Assembly (NCBI RefSeq): GCF_000018105.1
Contig: NC_009931.1
Coordinates: forward strand, 92,962-124,961
Origin: Acaryochloris marina MBIC11017
GTDB taxonomy: Bacteria; Cyanobacteriota; Cyanobacteriia; Thermosynechococcales; Thermosynechococcaceae
Length of the DNA stretch: 32,000 bases
Direction of reading: 5' to 3'
Made by a program: the position numbers and the translations under genes. Each line of letters opens with the position of its first letter. Positions within the stretch are counted from its first letter, which is position 1. Under the pieces are notes generated by a model that searched no databases, was not told where the DNA came from, and saw only the letters and a program-made list of their open reading frames with translations. Of this stretch, positions 24,432 through 32,000 are shown in pieces.

Positions 24432-24929
24432 ATGTCTTCCCTAGCTCCCTATGTACTGTGGCCTCACGGTCGTGCTCGTCATGCTCGACAGCATTACCTT
24501 AAACGGTACTTTCACCGCTATACCCACCACCTGACTTTTGTGCTGACCTTCTTGGGTGTACTCCTTCTCAATGCTCAGTCAGCCCTATCTCAGAATCCAG
24601 GGCAGACTCTTGGGCAAGGTGCCAGGAATACTGGCACTCGTTCTGGAGCTGCTAGCTCGTCTTGCTTAGGCTGGATGTGTGGTCCTAAAAGTGCCATCGC
24701 AGCAAGCCCCCATTTCAATGATTCAGGATCACTGGTCGATCTGGCGTTTCTACTTCTACAAATTGTCGTGATCATGATTGTTGTTGTCCCCGTGGTCATT
24801 GGAGCTTGGAAAGCCTCCCGCCATGAGGAGTACGGGGGCTTTATTGCCTTTGCCTTCGTGGTGTTTGTCGGTCTGATTTTCTCTAATGCCCTCGCTGGCT
24901 ACGTGATGGGCACGGGCAATTTAGCCTAA
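24432..24929 (+). CDS. membrane protein with VirB2/TrbC-pilin-like topology
   Basis: Long leader with hydrophobic segment LTFVLTFLGVLLLNAQSALS, then two C-terminal TM helices (LLLQIVVIMIVVVPVVIGAW; FIAFAFVVFVGLIFSNALAGYV). It lies immediately upstream of the VirB4-like gene. Assignment is by topology and synteny only. Confidence 0.5.
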   Translation: MSSLAPYVLWPHGRARHARQHYLKRYFHRYTHHLTFVLTFLGVLLLNAQSALSQNPGQTLGQGARNTGTRSGAASSSCLGWMCGPKSAIAASPHFNDSGSLVDLAFLLLQIVVIMIVVVPVVIGAWKASRHEEYGGFIAFAFVVFVGLIFSNALAGYVMGTGNLA

Positions 24930-24942
24930 AGGATGAGGGGTT

Positions 24943-27900
24943 ATGAGCGATAACACGATTCAATACACTCCCTCACTGGATAAAGCCCCAGATCGGTTTT
25001 TTATTCCGGGACAATTTCTGATTCCCTGGATAGCCATTATCACGGGTGTAGCTGTTTTATACCTACTGGTGGCTAGCGTAACCCCAGTAAGTCCCTGGCC
25101 CTTTGGCTTATTGCTAGTGGTTCTGATTGCGTCTCACTGGATCATTGTGGGGGATAAACCCTGGAAATTTGGGGGGAGTTTACATCGACCCAAGGAATAT
25201 GTGACAGCTCACGCTGAATATAAGACCACCTCGACGAGTCTCAAGCCCAAGATTGGCCCCAAAGTCGTCGGGGGTGCCCGCAAGCGAAAAGCTTTTCCCA
25301 TTGAAGATGAAGTTGATCTTGCTTGTATGGCGATTATTCGCCTTCAGGGTTATGTCGTGGGTGCTTACCTGCTGCAAGTGGGGCGGCGTTTTCGCTTTGT
25401 GTGGGTGTTTGATAGTCCTGGGTTGTCCAGCACCTTATCCGTGGACCAAGCGAAAGCTGCGGCCCAGAAGTTGGAAGAAGGCTTGATGGATCTCCCCCAC
25501 GCAGAGCAAATGACCCTGCATATGGGGACAATGGCCGACTGCCAGGAACGACTCAACCAGCTTGAAGATCTCAAACGCCGCGCCCCATCGGATCAATTCC
25601 GATTTTTGTTGTCTTGGTTAAAAGAGCGAGTCAAATCCCTGACCCGACGGGGACAATATAACCCTAAATTCCTGCGGTTCTACGTCACCTATACCGTGGG
25701 TGTGGGTATGAGTCAGCAAGATGACCAAATCCAAGCGGTCGCCCAAAGCCTGCAAGAGATGTGGCAAGAGCATATGGGAAGTGGGGGCAGCAACATCTAT
25801 GCCCGTACCGAGCAAATGCTCTTAGATGCCTTCCGCCACGGATTTTTACCCACCCTCGATTTCTTTGAGAAAGTGGGGCTTAAAGTCACCCCCATGACGG
25901 CAGATCAGATCTGGGCCTTCAGTTATCAGCGGGTCAATAGCGGTAAAGTTCCCCCCATTCCCCAATGGGTACAGCTGGATGAAAACGGGATAACTTGGGG
26001 CAAAAAATCAGAGCTACGGATTGCTAGCGTCCTGTTTGGGCAAGGCATCTTTATGGATAAGCGATTCGTCCATCTACCGGGACGGAATCTCTACTGTGGG
26101 GGTGTGGTTCTCAACAAGCGCCCAGCCCGAGAGTATGACCCTGATACTGGTCGTCTCCAACAGCTTATGGATGCGTCCTCTCCCATTAACGCCAAGAAAG
26201 TCAGCAATACTGAACTGATTGTCGAATTCACCCCAGATAACCAGCAGGATGTTCTCAAGTCCAGTCAGAAACGGACGGGACAGAGCAACCTCTCCTTGGT
26301 CATGTCTCAGAACCGCAAGAAGTTGGACGGTGGAGCCATTCATAACACCAATACTGATCTGGCTGCTGAGATGAAGTTGCGCCAAGGGGCGAGAGTGGTT
26401 CGCTGTGCTTGGATGGCGTTGATCTACCGCTCCACCCCAGATGCGTTAGATGTTGCCCTCAAACGGTTTCGCACGAACCAATCCCTGTTTGCGGGGGAAT
26501 GTCTCGTGCGGGAACGAGGCTACTTTGATCAACTGTGGCTGGAGGCTCAACCCTATACCTGGCGTACCCTTTTGGCGGGGGGAGGGTTACTCAAAATATC
26601 CTCCTTCGAGCGCCGCATCCGGGAAACGACACCAGCGGTGTTGGGCATAACCCCCGTGATGCTAGATCGCCGTCCTCACAAAAAAGGCGTAGAGCTGCTC
26701 ACGGATAATGGCACTCCCCTTTATGTGGATCCGTTGGCATCCGAACCCAAGCATAACCACATGATCATCCTGGGGGGTACGGGATCTGGGAAGTCATTTG
26801 CCGTCTCGGCTTGCTGTGAGCAGGTCTTAGCCGAAGGGGGGCAAGTTCTGATTATTGATGCCACCCGTGGGGATGGATCTGGCACCTACGATGAACTGAC
26901 GACGTTTTTGGGCGGTGCCTATTTCAATACCACAACGGATTCCTTCAATCTCATTGAGGGGACGGATTTTCGACAGTTGCTAGGTAATCAGGACGCCTAT
27001 AAATCGGCCCAACAGACTTTTCGCCAATTCGTCCAAACGGCCTTGATGGATCTGTGTCTGCCAGAGGATGTCAACAGCGAGAAGCGAGAATCCGTCAGTC
27101 GGGCACTCACCTTTTTGCTGGATAACTTTTTTAAAGAACCCAGCATCTTGACCCGGTATAACCGAGCCTTTGATGCAGGAATGGGAACCCCCGCTTGGGA
27201 GCAAATCCCTACACTGACGACGCTGACGGAATATATTGACCCATCGAATGTACCGCCAGAAGTCCTGACTCAGGACATTATTGCCGCGATAGACACCCTC
27301 AAGGTCTCCCTCTCCGCTTTACTAAGACGACCGATTGGGGCGATTATCTCTCGACCCACCACCTTCAACACGGATGCCAATCTCGTCGTCTATGCCTTGG
27401 GCAATATCGATAATGACGAAGATATGGCACCGCTGGCCCTCGCTGCTCAAGCGAGTGTCCTCAGTCGTTCCCTGGGTCAGAAGCCTACCTTGCTCGTGGG
27501 GGAAGAAGGCTCCAAGCTCCATAAATTTAAATCCTATCGGCAGATGCTGGGGAGTTTTTATAGTATCGGTCGTAAGAACGGGATTTGGACTATTTGGGTG
27601 GGAACGGATCTGCAGGTCTTGGCGAAGGCTGATAATGCGGCTGAAATCCTAGCCAACGTGGGCACCTATCTTGTTGGGGCCATTAACGAAGAGGAAGTAC
27701 CTCTGCTCGTCAAACTGGGTATTCCCCGCGAACTGCTCATTCAAAACGTCGATGAAGAGTTCATACCCTCCCGGAAAGATGCCTGTAGCAAATGGCTGAT
27801 TAGCAGTAACGGCAACCACCAGTTTGGCCGATATCATCCCAGCTTTGCCAACTTTGGGCTGACCATGAATGGTCCTGATGAAGTGCCCGTCAAAGCATCT

Positions 27901-27990
27901 TACAAAGCCCAATGCCCACATGAACCTTACCGATGGGTCTCAGAACTGGCCCATCATCTTAAGTCCCAAAGCCACGATGCCAACCATTAG
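24943..27990 (+). CDS. VirB4/TrbE-family type IV secretion ATPase with N-terminal VirB3-like double TM segment
   Basis: 1015 aa. Two N-terminal TM helices. Walker A MIILGGTGSGKSF (GGTGSGKS = 26773-26796). Walker B-like PTLLVGEEGSKL. Size and position are typical for VirB4. Confidence 0.88.
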   Translation: MSDNTIQYTPSLDKAPDRFFIPGQFLIPWIAIITGVAVLYLLVASVTPVSPWPFGLLLVVLIASHWIIVGDKPWKFGGSLHRPKEYVTAHAEYKTTSTSLKPKIGPKVVGGARKRKAFPIEDEVDLACMAIIRLQGYVVGAYLLQVGRRFRFVWVFDSPGLSSTLSVDQAKAAAQKLEEGLMDLPHAEQMTLHMGTMADCQERLNQLEDLKRRAPSDQFRFLLSWLKERVKSLTRRGQYNPKFLRFYVTYTVGVGMSQQDDQIQAVAQSLQEMWQEHMGSGGSNIYARTEQMLLDAFRHGFLPTLDFFEKVGLKVTPMTADQIWAFSYQRVNSGKVPPIPQWVQLDENGITWGKKSELRIASVLFGQGIFMDKRFVHLPGRNLYCGGVVLNKRPAREYDPDTGRLQQLMDASSPINAKKVSNTELIVEFTPDNQQDVLKSSQKRTGQSNLSLVMSQNRKKLDGGAIHNTNTDLAAEMKLRQGARVVRCAWMALIYRSTPDALDVALKRFRTNQSLFAGECLVRERGYFDQLWLEAQPYTWRTLLAGGGLLKISSFERRIRETTPAVLGITPVMLDRRPHKKGVELLTDNGTPLYVDPLASEPKHNHMIILGGTGSGKSFAVSACCEQVLAEGGQVLIIDATRGDGSGTYDELTTFLGGAYFNTTTDSFNLIEGTDFRQLLGNQDAYKSAQQTFRQFVQTALMDLCLPEDVNSEKRESVSRALTFLLDNFFKEPSILTRYNRAFDAGMGTPAWEQIPTLTTLTEYIDPSNVPPEVLTQDIIAAIDTLKVSLSALLRRPIGAIISRPTTFNTDANLVVYALGNIDNDEDMAPLALAAQASVLSRSLGQKPTLLVGEEGSKLHKFKSYRQMLGSFYSIGRKNGIWTIWVGTDLQVLAKADNAAEILANVGTYLVGAINEEEVPLLVKLGIPRELLIQNVDEEFIPSRKDACSKWLISSNGNHQFGRYHPSFANFGLTMNGPDEVPVKASYKAQCPHEPYRWVSELAHHLKSQSHDANH

Positions 27991-28001
27991 CGAGGAATCC
28001 G

Positions 28002-29036
28002 ATGTCACCTCATAAATCCATCATTTGTTCCGTTCTCCTACTCAGCGTATTAAGCCCGCTCTCTGTCTATGCCAATCCTCAGCCAGGGGATAGTCCTTAC
28101 AACGTCAGTGATGTCTTTACCCCATCTGGAGATCAACCCAAGTCCAAAGGGGGGCTGCTCGGCAAGCTAGCAAAGGTCTCTAATAGCAAGGAGTTCAAGT
28201 CCGTCCAAGATATTGCCAAGTATGTCAATTTAGGGGCGGGACTTCTACGGACGACGGGCCTCAATGTTACGCCCTACCTCAATTATCCCAATATCCTGCT
28301 GGGGTTGCTGAGTCTCCAGCAAAAGCCAGATTCAGACCTCCAAAACCCTGAAGCGATAGCTGAGTCTCAAAGTCTCTTAGAAGTTTTAGGGGCAGCGGGT
28401 CTCCCAGATCCTGAGAAAGCCAAGATTGTCTTCTCTGATTATGACCTTGATGCTGAAGCGGATTCTGAGAATAATATCTTTGGTGTGCCCCCCGCCCTCC
28501 AGAAGCGGATCAGCAATAACCTCTCTCAGATTAAGGCAGGTCAGGCTGAATTAAATTTGCTGCTGGGTAGCAAGGGCCAGGAGCTAATTAAAAGTGCGAG
28601 AAGTAGTATTGCTCAGGCGGTTGCGAGTTCAGCGTCGATTGCAGATCAGGCTGAACAAGCCACTTCAAGTCAAGATGTCCTCAAGCTTGCTAGAAGGCAA
28701 GAAGCTGAGACGGCAAAGATTGGTCAGGCAACCTATGAAGAAGCCGTGCAAACCCGTGCCGCGATTTATCAGGGCAATAAGCAGTTGTACAACTTGGCTG
28801 AAATTGCTCAGGAGCGGAAAAAAGCTGAGCAAATCGAAAGAAGCTTTGTCAATTCAGGGCAAATGGGGGAGATGGGGCGATTGGCGGGGCTAGTCGGTCC
28901 TGCGACTCCCAATCGGCCTACCCGAAATAACCGTTCAGTTCCTCAATCCCAACTACCAAGACTTCCCCGTCTACCCGGTAACCCAGTTCCCCCGGCAACC
29001 CCGTCGTCCCCCAGAACCCCACCTTTTCGACCATGA
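28002..29036 (+). CDS. secreted coiled-coil protein with Pro-rich C-terminus (TrbJ/VirB5-like position)
   Basis: Signal peptide MSPHKSIICSVLLLSVLSPLSVYANP. Ala/Gln/Glu-rich helical centre. It precedes a small membrane protein and a polytopic protein, as in trbJ-trbK-trbL. Confidence 0.65.
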   Translation: MSPHKSIICSVLLLSVLSPLSVYANPQPGDSPYNVSDVFTPSGDQPKSKGGLLGKLAKVSNSKEFKSVQDIAKYVNLGAGLLRTTGLNVTPYLNYPNILLGLLSLQQKPDSDLQNPEAIAESQSLLEVLGAAGLPDPEKAKIVFSDYDLDAEADSENNIFGVPPALQKRISNNLSQIKAGQAELNLLLGSKGQELIKSARSSIAQAVASSASIADQAEQATSSQDVLKLARRQEAETAKIGQATYEEAVQTRAAIYQGNKQLYNLAEIAQERKKAEQIERSFVNSGQMGEMGRLAGLVGPATPNRPTRNNRSVPQSQLPRLPRLPGNPVPPATPSSPRTPPFRP

Positions 29037-29254
29037 ATCACCTGTTCACACTACTGCCAGAAGTCATGGGCAGGTTAGAGGTCAGCCAATCTCTAAACCT
29101 CGCGATTGATGACCTCTGGCAGCAAACCCCTTTCTCATTCTGGTTTTTGACTGCTACCCATGTCAGTGCTTTGATTGCAGCCATCCTCTTTAGTACAGGT
29201 TGTATGCGTTGGATTAAGCGCTCTACCCGGTCTCTCTTTCCCCCATTGTCATGA
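29033..29254 (+). CDS. small membrane protein
   Basis: 73 aa. TM FSFWFLTATHVSALIAAILFSTG. ATGA overlaps at both ends (29033-29036 and 29251-29254). Confidence 0.5.
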   Translation: MNHLFTLLPEVMGRLEVSQSLNLAIDDLWQQTPFSFWFLTATHVSALIAAILFSTGCMRWIKRSTRSLFPPLS

Positions 29255-30327
29255 ACATTCTGATTGCCCAAGCACGGGAAGACCAAGCCTCCCGCATCCT
29301 AGAAAACACACTGGAAAGTAGTGCCACCCTTCGGACTGCTATTGATACGACCTGGCAGCAAACCATCAAAGGTCCGCTATTTGTGGCTTTAGGGGATGTG
29401 GGAGCCATTATTGCCGTTGTCTTTATTGGCTTTTGGTTTATTAGTTGGGTCAAGATTCTCGTCAGTGATGATGCAATTGTTGGTCCCCATGCCTTGCAGG
29501 AACTGATTGTACCGATCTTGCTCCTGTTCTTATTGGGAAATCCCACCAATCGCGGCAACCTCCTGGGTGAGACGATTCTGAACTCCAACAAAGTGATGCA
29601 GAATATCTCGGATTATGTGATTGTATCGCTGCGCCAAGATATCAAGGACTTTAACCCCGTCCATGAAGCTGCCGTACAGATGTCCGCTACTCGCATATAC
29701 CGCAGGGCTACCAAAGACTGCCTAAAATACGAATTTGGGGATAAAAATCGTCGGGCCTGCTTATTAGATGCGGACCAAAAAATCTTTGACTTGTTGTATC
29801 CTTACCGGACTCGTTCCTGGTATCGAGAGTTTCGAGAGCAGGTCAAAATTCCAGTGCAACTGTTATCCACGGGGATACCGGATATTGGTGAAATTAGAGG
29901 CCAAGATCCACGGGAAGTTAGTCACTTCTTGACGGGACTATCGGATGTGGTGTCGGATGCCGTGACATCCATTCTGTTCGGGATGGGGGTGGCCTTCGTT
30001 ATTGCGATTGAACATGCCAAGCTGCTGACGGCCTTAGTTGCCCCCGTCTTTTTAGGCGCGTCCATCTTGCCCGTTCCTGGTAAGCCGATTACTTGGTGGG
30101 GAACGACCTACTCAGGACTGGGACTATTGGAAATCCTGTACAAGACCCTAGTGGGGTTAGGATCCCTTTCTATTCTGAATGCGGGACCTACGGACCCCTT
30201 GATTTTCCCCTTAGTGATTTCCTTATTTGGCATCTTCATTGCCATTTTGCTGGCAGGTGGCGGAGGAATCGCCTTATTTAGTGGCATTGCCCGTATGGGC
30301 ACCGCAGGCTTACCCCGGAGGTACTGA
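29251..30327 (+). CDS. polytopic inner-membrane protein, VirB6/TrbL-like
   Basis: 358 aa with at least five hydrophobic helices (for example GAIIAVVFIGFWFISWV, VAFVIAIEHAKLLTALVAPVFLGA, LIFPLVISLFGIFIAILLAGGGGIALF). Synteny supports the call. Confidence 0.65.
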   Translation: MNILIAQAREDQASRILENTLESSATLRTAIDTTWQQTIKGPLFVALGDVGAIIAVVFIGFWFISWVKILVSDDAIVGPHALQELIVPILLLFLLGNPTNRGNLLGETILNSNKVMQNISDYVIVSLRQDIKDFNPVHEAAVQMSATRIYRRATKDCLKYEFGDKNRRACLLDADQKIFDLLYPYRTRSWYREFREQVKIPVQLLSTGIPDIGEIRGQDPREVSHFLTGLSDVVSDAVTSILFGMGVAFVIAIEHAKLLTALVAPVFLGASILPVPGKPITWWGTTYSGLGLLEILYKTLVGLGSLSILNAGPTDPLIFPLVISLFGIFIAILLAGGGGIALFSGIARMGTAGLPRRY

Positions 30328-31067
30328 TGACTTTCTTTGATCGGCTGGAACGCCGCAGCATAAACCTACAGCCCATTTTGACACTGTTAAACACAGGTAT
30401 CTGTGGTGCCCTTCTCCTCGTGATTGTGGGCCAGGGCTTCAATATCAATGGTCTTCGTCGCCAGGTGGAGACACTGGAGGCCCGCCCGGTTGTGGTGCAA
30501 GCGGGTCAGAACCAGGAATTGGTGAACGTGGAAGCCGTAGACCCCCGGAACAACATGCGGAACTTCGTTGAAGAGTCCCTTCCTCTATTGTTCTTGCTGT
30601 CGAAGCGCGTCCCGGAAGAAATTATTCCCGGTGGGCTGGATGAGGGGATTGACCTCCATGACATTGGCCGAATTCCGAGTATCGTCCATGCCTCATCATT
30701 CATTCTTAGCAGTGAGTATCAGCCTACCTTCCTGGCGGGAATACCCAATTTGATGCCAGAAGATTATGAACATGGCGGATCTAAAGTTCTTCGGGTGAAT
30801 CGTACCGCAACCCCCAAGCCTGTCAAAGATGAACCCGGACATTGGCGGATCTACACCCAAGCGACCCTGTATCAGTTTGATGCCCAACAGAAGCCCGTGC
30901 AGGCCCGCACCTTTAATCGTGATGTTTATGTGCGGCCCGTGTCTCCCCCCAAATCATCCGCCACCCTGACCCCTGTGCAGGCTCTGATCAATGCCACTCG
31001 TAATCGAGGCTATGAAATCTACGACATTGCTGTTAACCCCACGGAGGTAGCTCGTCATGCCCAATGA
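30327..31067 (+). CDS. bitopic membrane protein, VirB8-like topology
   Basis: Short N-terminus, single TM (ILTLLNTGICGALLLVIVG), ~200-aa periplasmic domain. The start overlaps the previous stop (TGATG). Confidence 0.55.
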   Translation: MTFFDRLERRSINLQPILTLLNTGICGALLLVIVGQGFNINGLRRQVETLEARPVVVQAGQNQELVNVEAVDPRNNMRNFVEESLPLLFLLSKRVPEEIIPGGLDEGIDLHDIGRIPSIVHASSFILSSEYQPTFLAGIPNLMPEDYEHGGSKVLRVNRTATPKPVKDEPGHWRIYTQATLYQFDAQQKPVQARTFNRDVYVRPVSPPKSSATLTPVQALINATRNRGYEIYDIAVNPTEVARHAQ

Positions 31068-32000
31068 AGGAACCACGACTGTTGTTGAGCCAGTCGTTGC
31101 AGATACTGCTGGAGAACATAACCTGGAAGCAGATGTAGGGGCAACGCCAAAGGATGCTGCCACCCCTGAAGCGGCATTAGAACCCCATTGGCAAGCCTAT
31201 ATTGATGCCGCCCCATCCTCCCTCAATACTTCAGATGAGGTTGGGGCCGAACAAGGAGATGAAGGTGGAGACGAGACCCCTGAAGATGAGGACGCCCCCC
31301 AGCTCCAGATGGATACCTATGGTACGGAGGCCGTCACGGACCCTTACACCATTAAGACCACCTATAACTTTGTGAACTCTCCCTATACAAGGGTGGCGAT
31401 CATCGTGGGGGGGCTGAGTTTGGGGATTTTCTTCCTATTTGGCCTGTACAAAGTCTTTGTTACCGCTCGGTCACAACCCCCAGAAAACCCTATCCTCAGT
31501 GATGCCTATGCAGAATACCCCCAAGATTACGGACCTGAAGGCTCCCCACGGGAACAGGAGCTGGAAAACCAGCTGGACGACTCGCAACAACGGAATACCT
31601 ACACAGACCAGTTAGATGAGGTTACGACCTTTAATCAACAGGCCCAAACCCCGCAAAAACCACCAACACCCACAGTTACTCAAAGACCTGCTGCTCCATC
31701 CCCGCGTTTAGTGGCAGCGAGATCCCCCATCCCCTTGCGGCCCTTAGCCGTACCCCCAACGCCACAACCCCAGCCCCAGGTTGCCCGACCCACCGCTGTA
31801 TCGACGACTCGGCCAGAACCGGAGGCTGATCCAGTGGCTCAATTTGGCAGCGTTGAAAACGTGGGCTTCTATGGTGCCCCCGCATCAGAGTCCTATACAC
31901 CCGTTGCTACAGCACCGGATCCTGCACCTCCCTCAAACACCACGGCGACGGCTCAACCTCAATTCCCCATTGAAGTGGCCCAGGCCAGCCCCACCCAGTC
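31057..32000 (+). CDS. bitopic Pro-rich membrane protein, VirB10/TrbI-like N-terminal part (partial; runs off the window end)
   Basis: Not in the ORF track because it has no stop. ATG at 31057 with GGAGG 9 nt upstream. I read the frame codon by codon to position 32000 without a stop. Acidic N-terminus, TM VAIIVGGLSLGIFFLFGLY, then a Pro/Gln/Thr-rich linker typical of VirB10 family proteins. Confidence 0.6.
   Translation, partial: MPNEGTTTVVEPVVADTAGEHNLEADVGATPKDAATPEAALEPHWQAYIDAAPSSLNTSDEVGAEQGDEGGDETPEDEDAPQLQMDTYGTEAVTDPYTIKTTYNFVNSPYTRVAIIVGGLSLGIFFLFGLYKVFVTARSQPPENPILSDAYAEYPQDYGPEGSPREQELENQLDDSQQRNTYTDQLDEVTTFNQQAQTPQKPPTPTVTQRPAAPSPRLVAARSPIPLRPLAVPPTPQPQPQVARPTAVSTTRPEPEADPVAQFGSVENVGFYGAPASESYTPVATAPDPAPPSNTTATAQPQFPIEVAQASPTQ

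Noticed and set aside
25180-27921. Multiple 65-105-aa ORFs on both strands inside the VirB4-like gene
   Set aside because: They are nested in a 1015-aa CDS with clear Walker motifs. No independent coding evidence.
1-32000. Scan for CRISPR arrays, tRNA/rRNA genes, long tandem repeats, reverse transcriptase (retron/DGR) or integrase genes
   Set aside because: I found no regularly spaced direct repeats, no cloverleaf-like or rRNA-like sequence, no YxDD-type or integrase-type ORFs. Absence is by eye only. tRNAscan-SE, Infernal/Rfam and minced runs would be decisive.

Overview
The window looks like cyanobacterial accessory DNA, most likely a plasmid or integrative conjugative element. Support for a cyanobacterial origin is four HIP1 octamers (GCGATCGC) plus the gene families present. 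No rRNA, tRNA or CRISPR array was seen. All homology calls are motif recognition by eye on the supplied translations; nothing was searched. There are three blocks. (1) 0.4-7 kb is a minus-strand mosaic. It holds an IS605-type TnpB remnant and an OmpR/RpaB-like response regulator flanked by diverged direct copies of about 180 bp. It also holds a core-only SepF-like protein, a small protein with a dsRNA-binding domain, a Lys-rich protein, an SSB-like gene broken by an in-frame TAA, a VOC/glyoxalase protein and a cytochrome P450. (2) 7.2-18.4 kb has two convergent operons. One encodes TpsA-like exoprotein, then TpsB transporter, then an exported TPR-CHAT (caspase-like) protein. The other encodes a short NB-ARC/STAND NTPase, then a transmembrane Ser/Thr kinase with TPRs, then a Cys-rich secreted protein. 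I rate this the best candidate for an undescribed envelope-spanning conflict or signalling system. (3) 18.6-32 kb is a mobile-element backbone. It has two tandem ParB-like genes (the second with a decayed methyltransferase-like tail), a 600-bp palindrome-bearing non-coding region, a primase-polymerase-like Rep, and a tightly coupled type IV secretion operon (VirB2/B3-B4/B5/B6/B8/B10-like by topology) running off the window end. The operon leader may carry an antisense small RNA.
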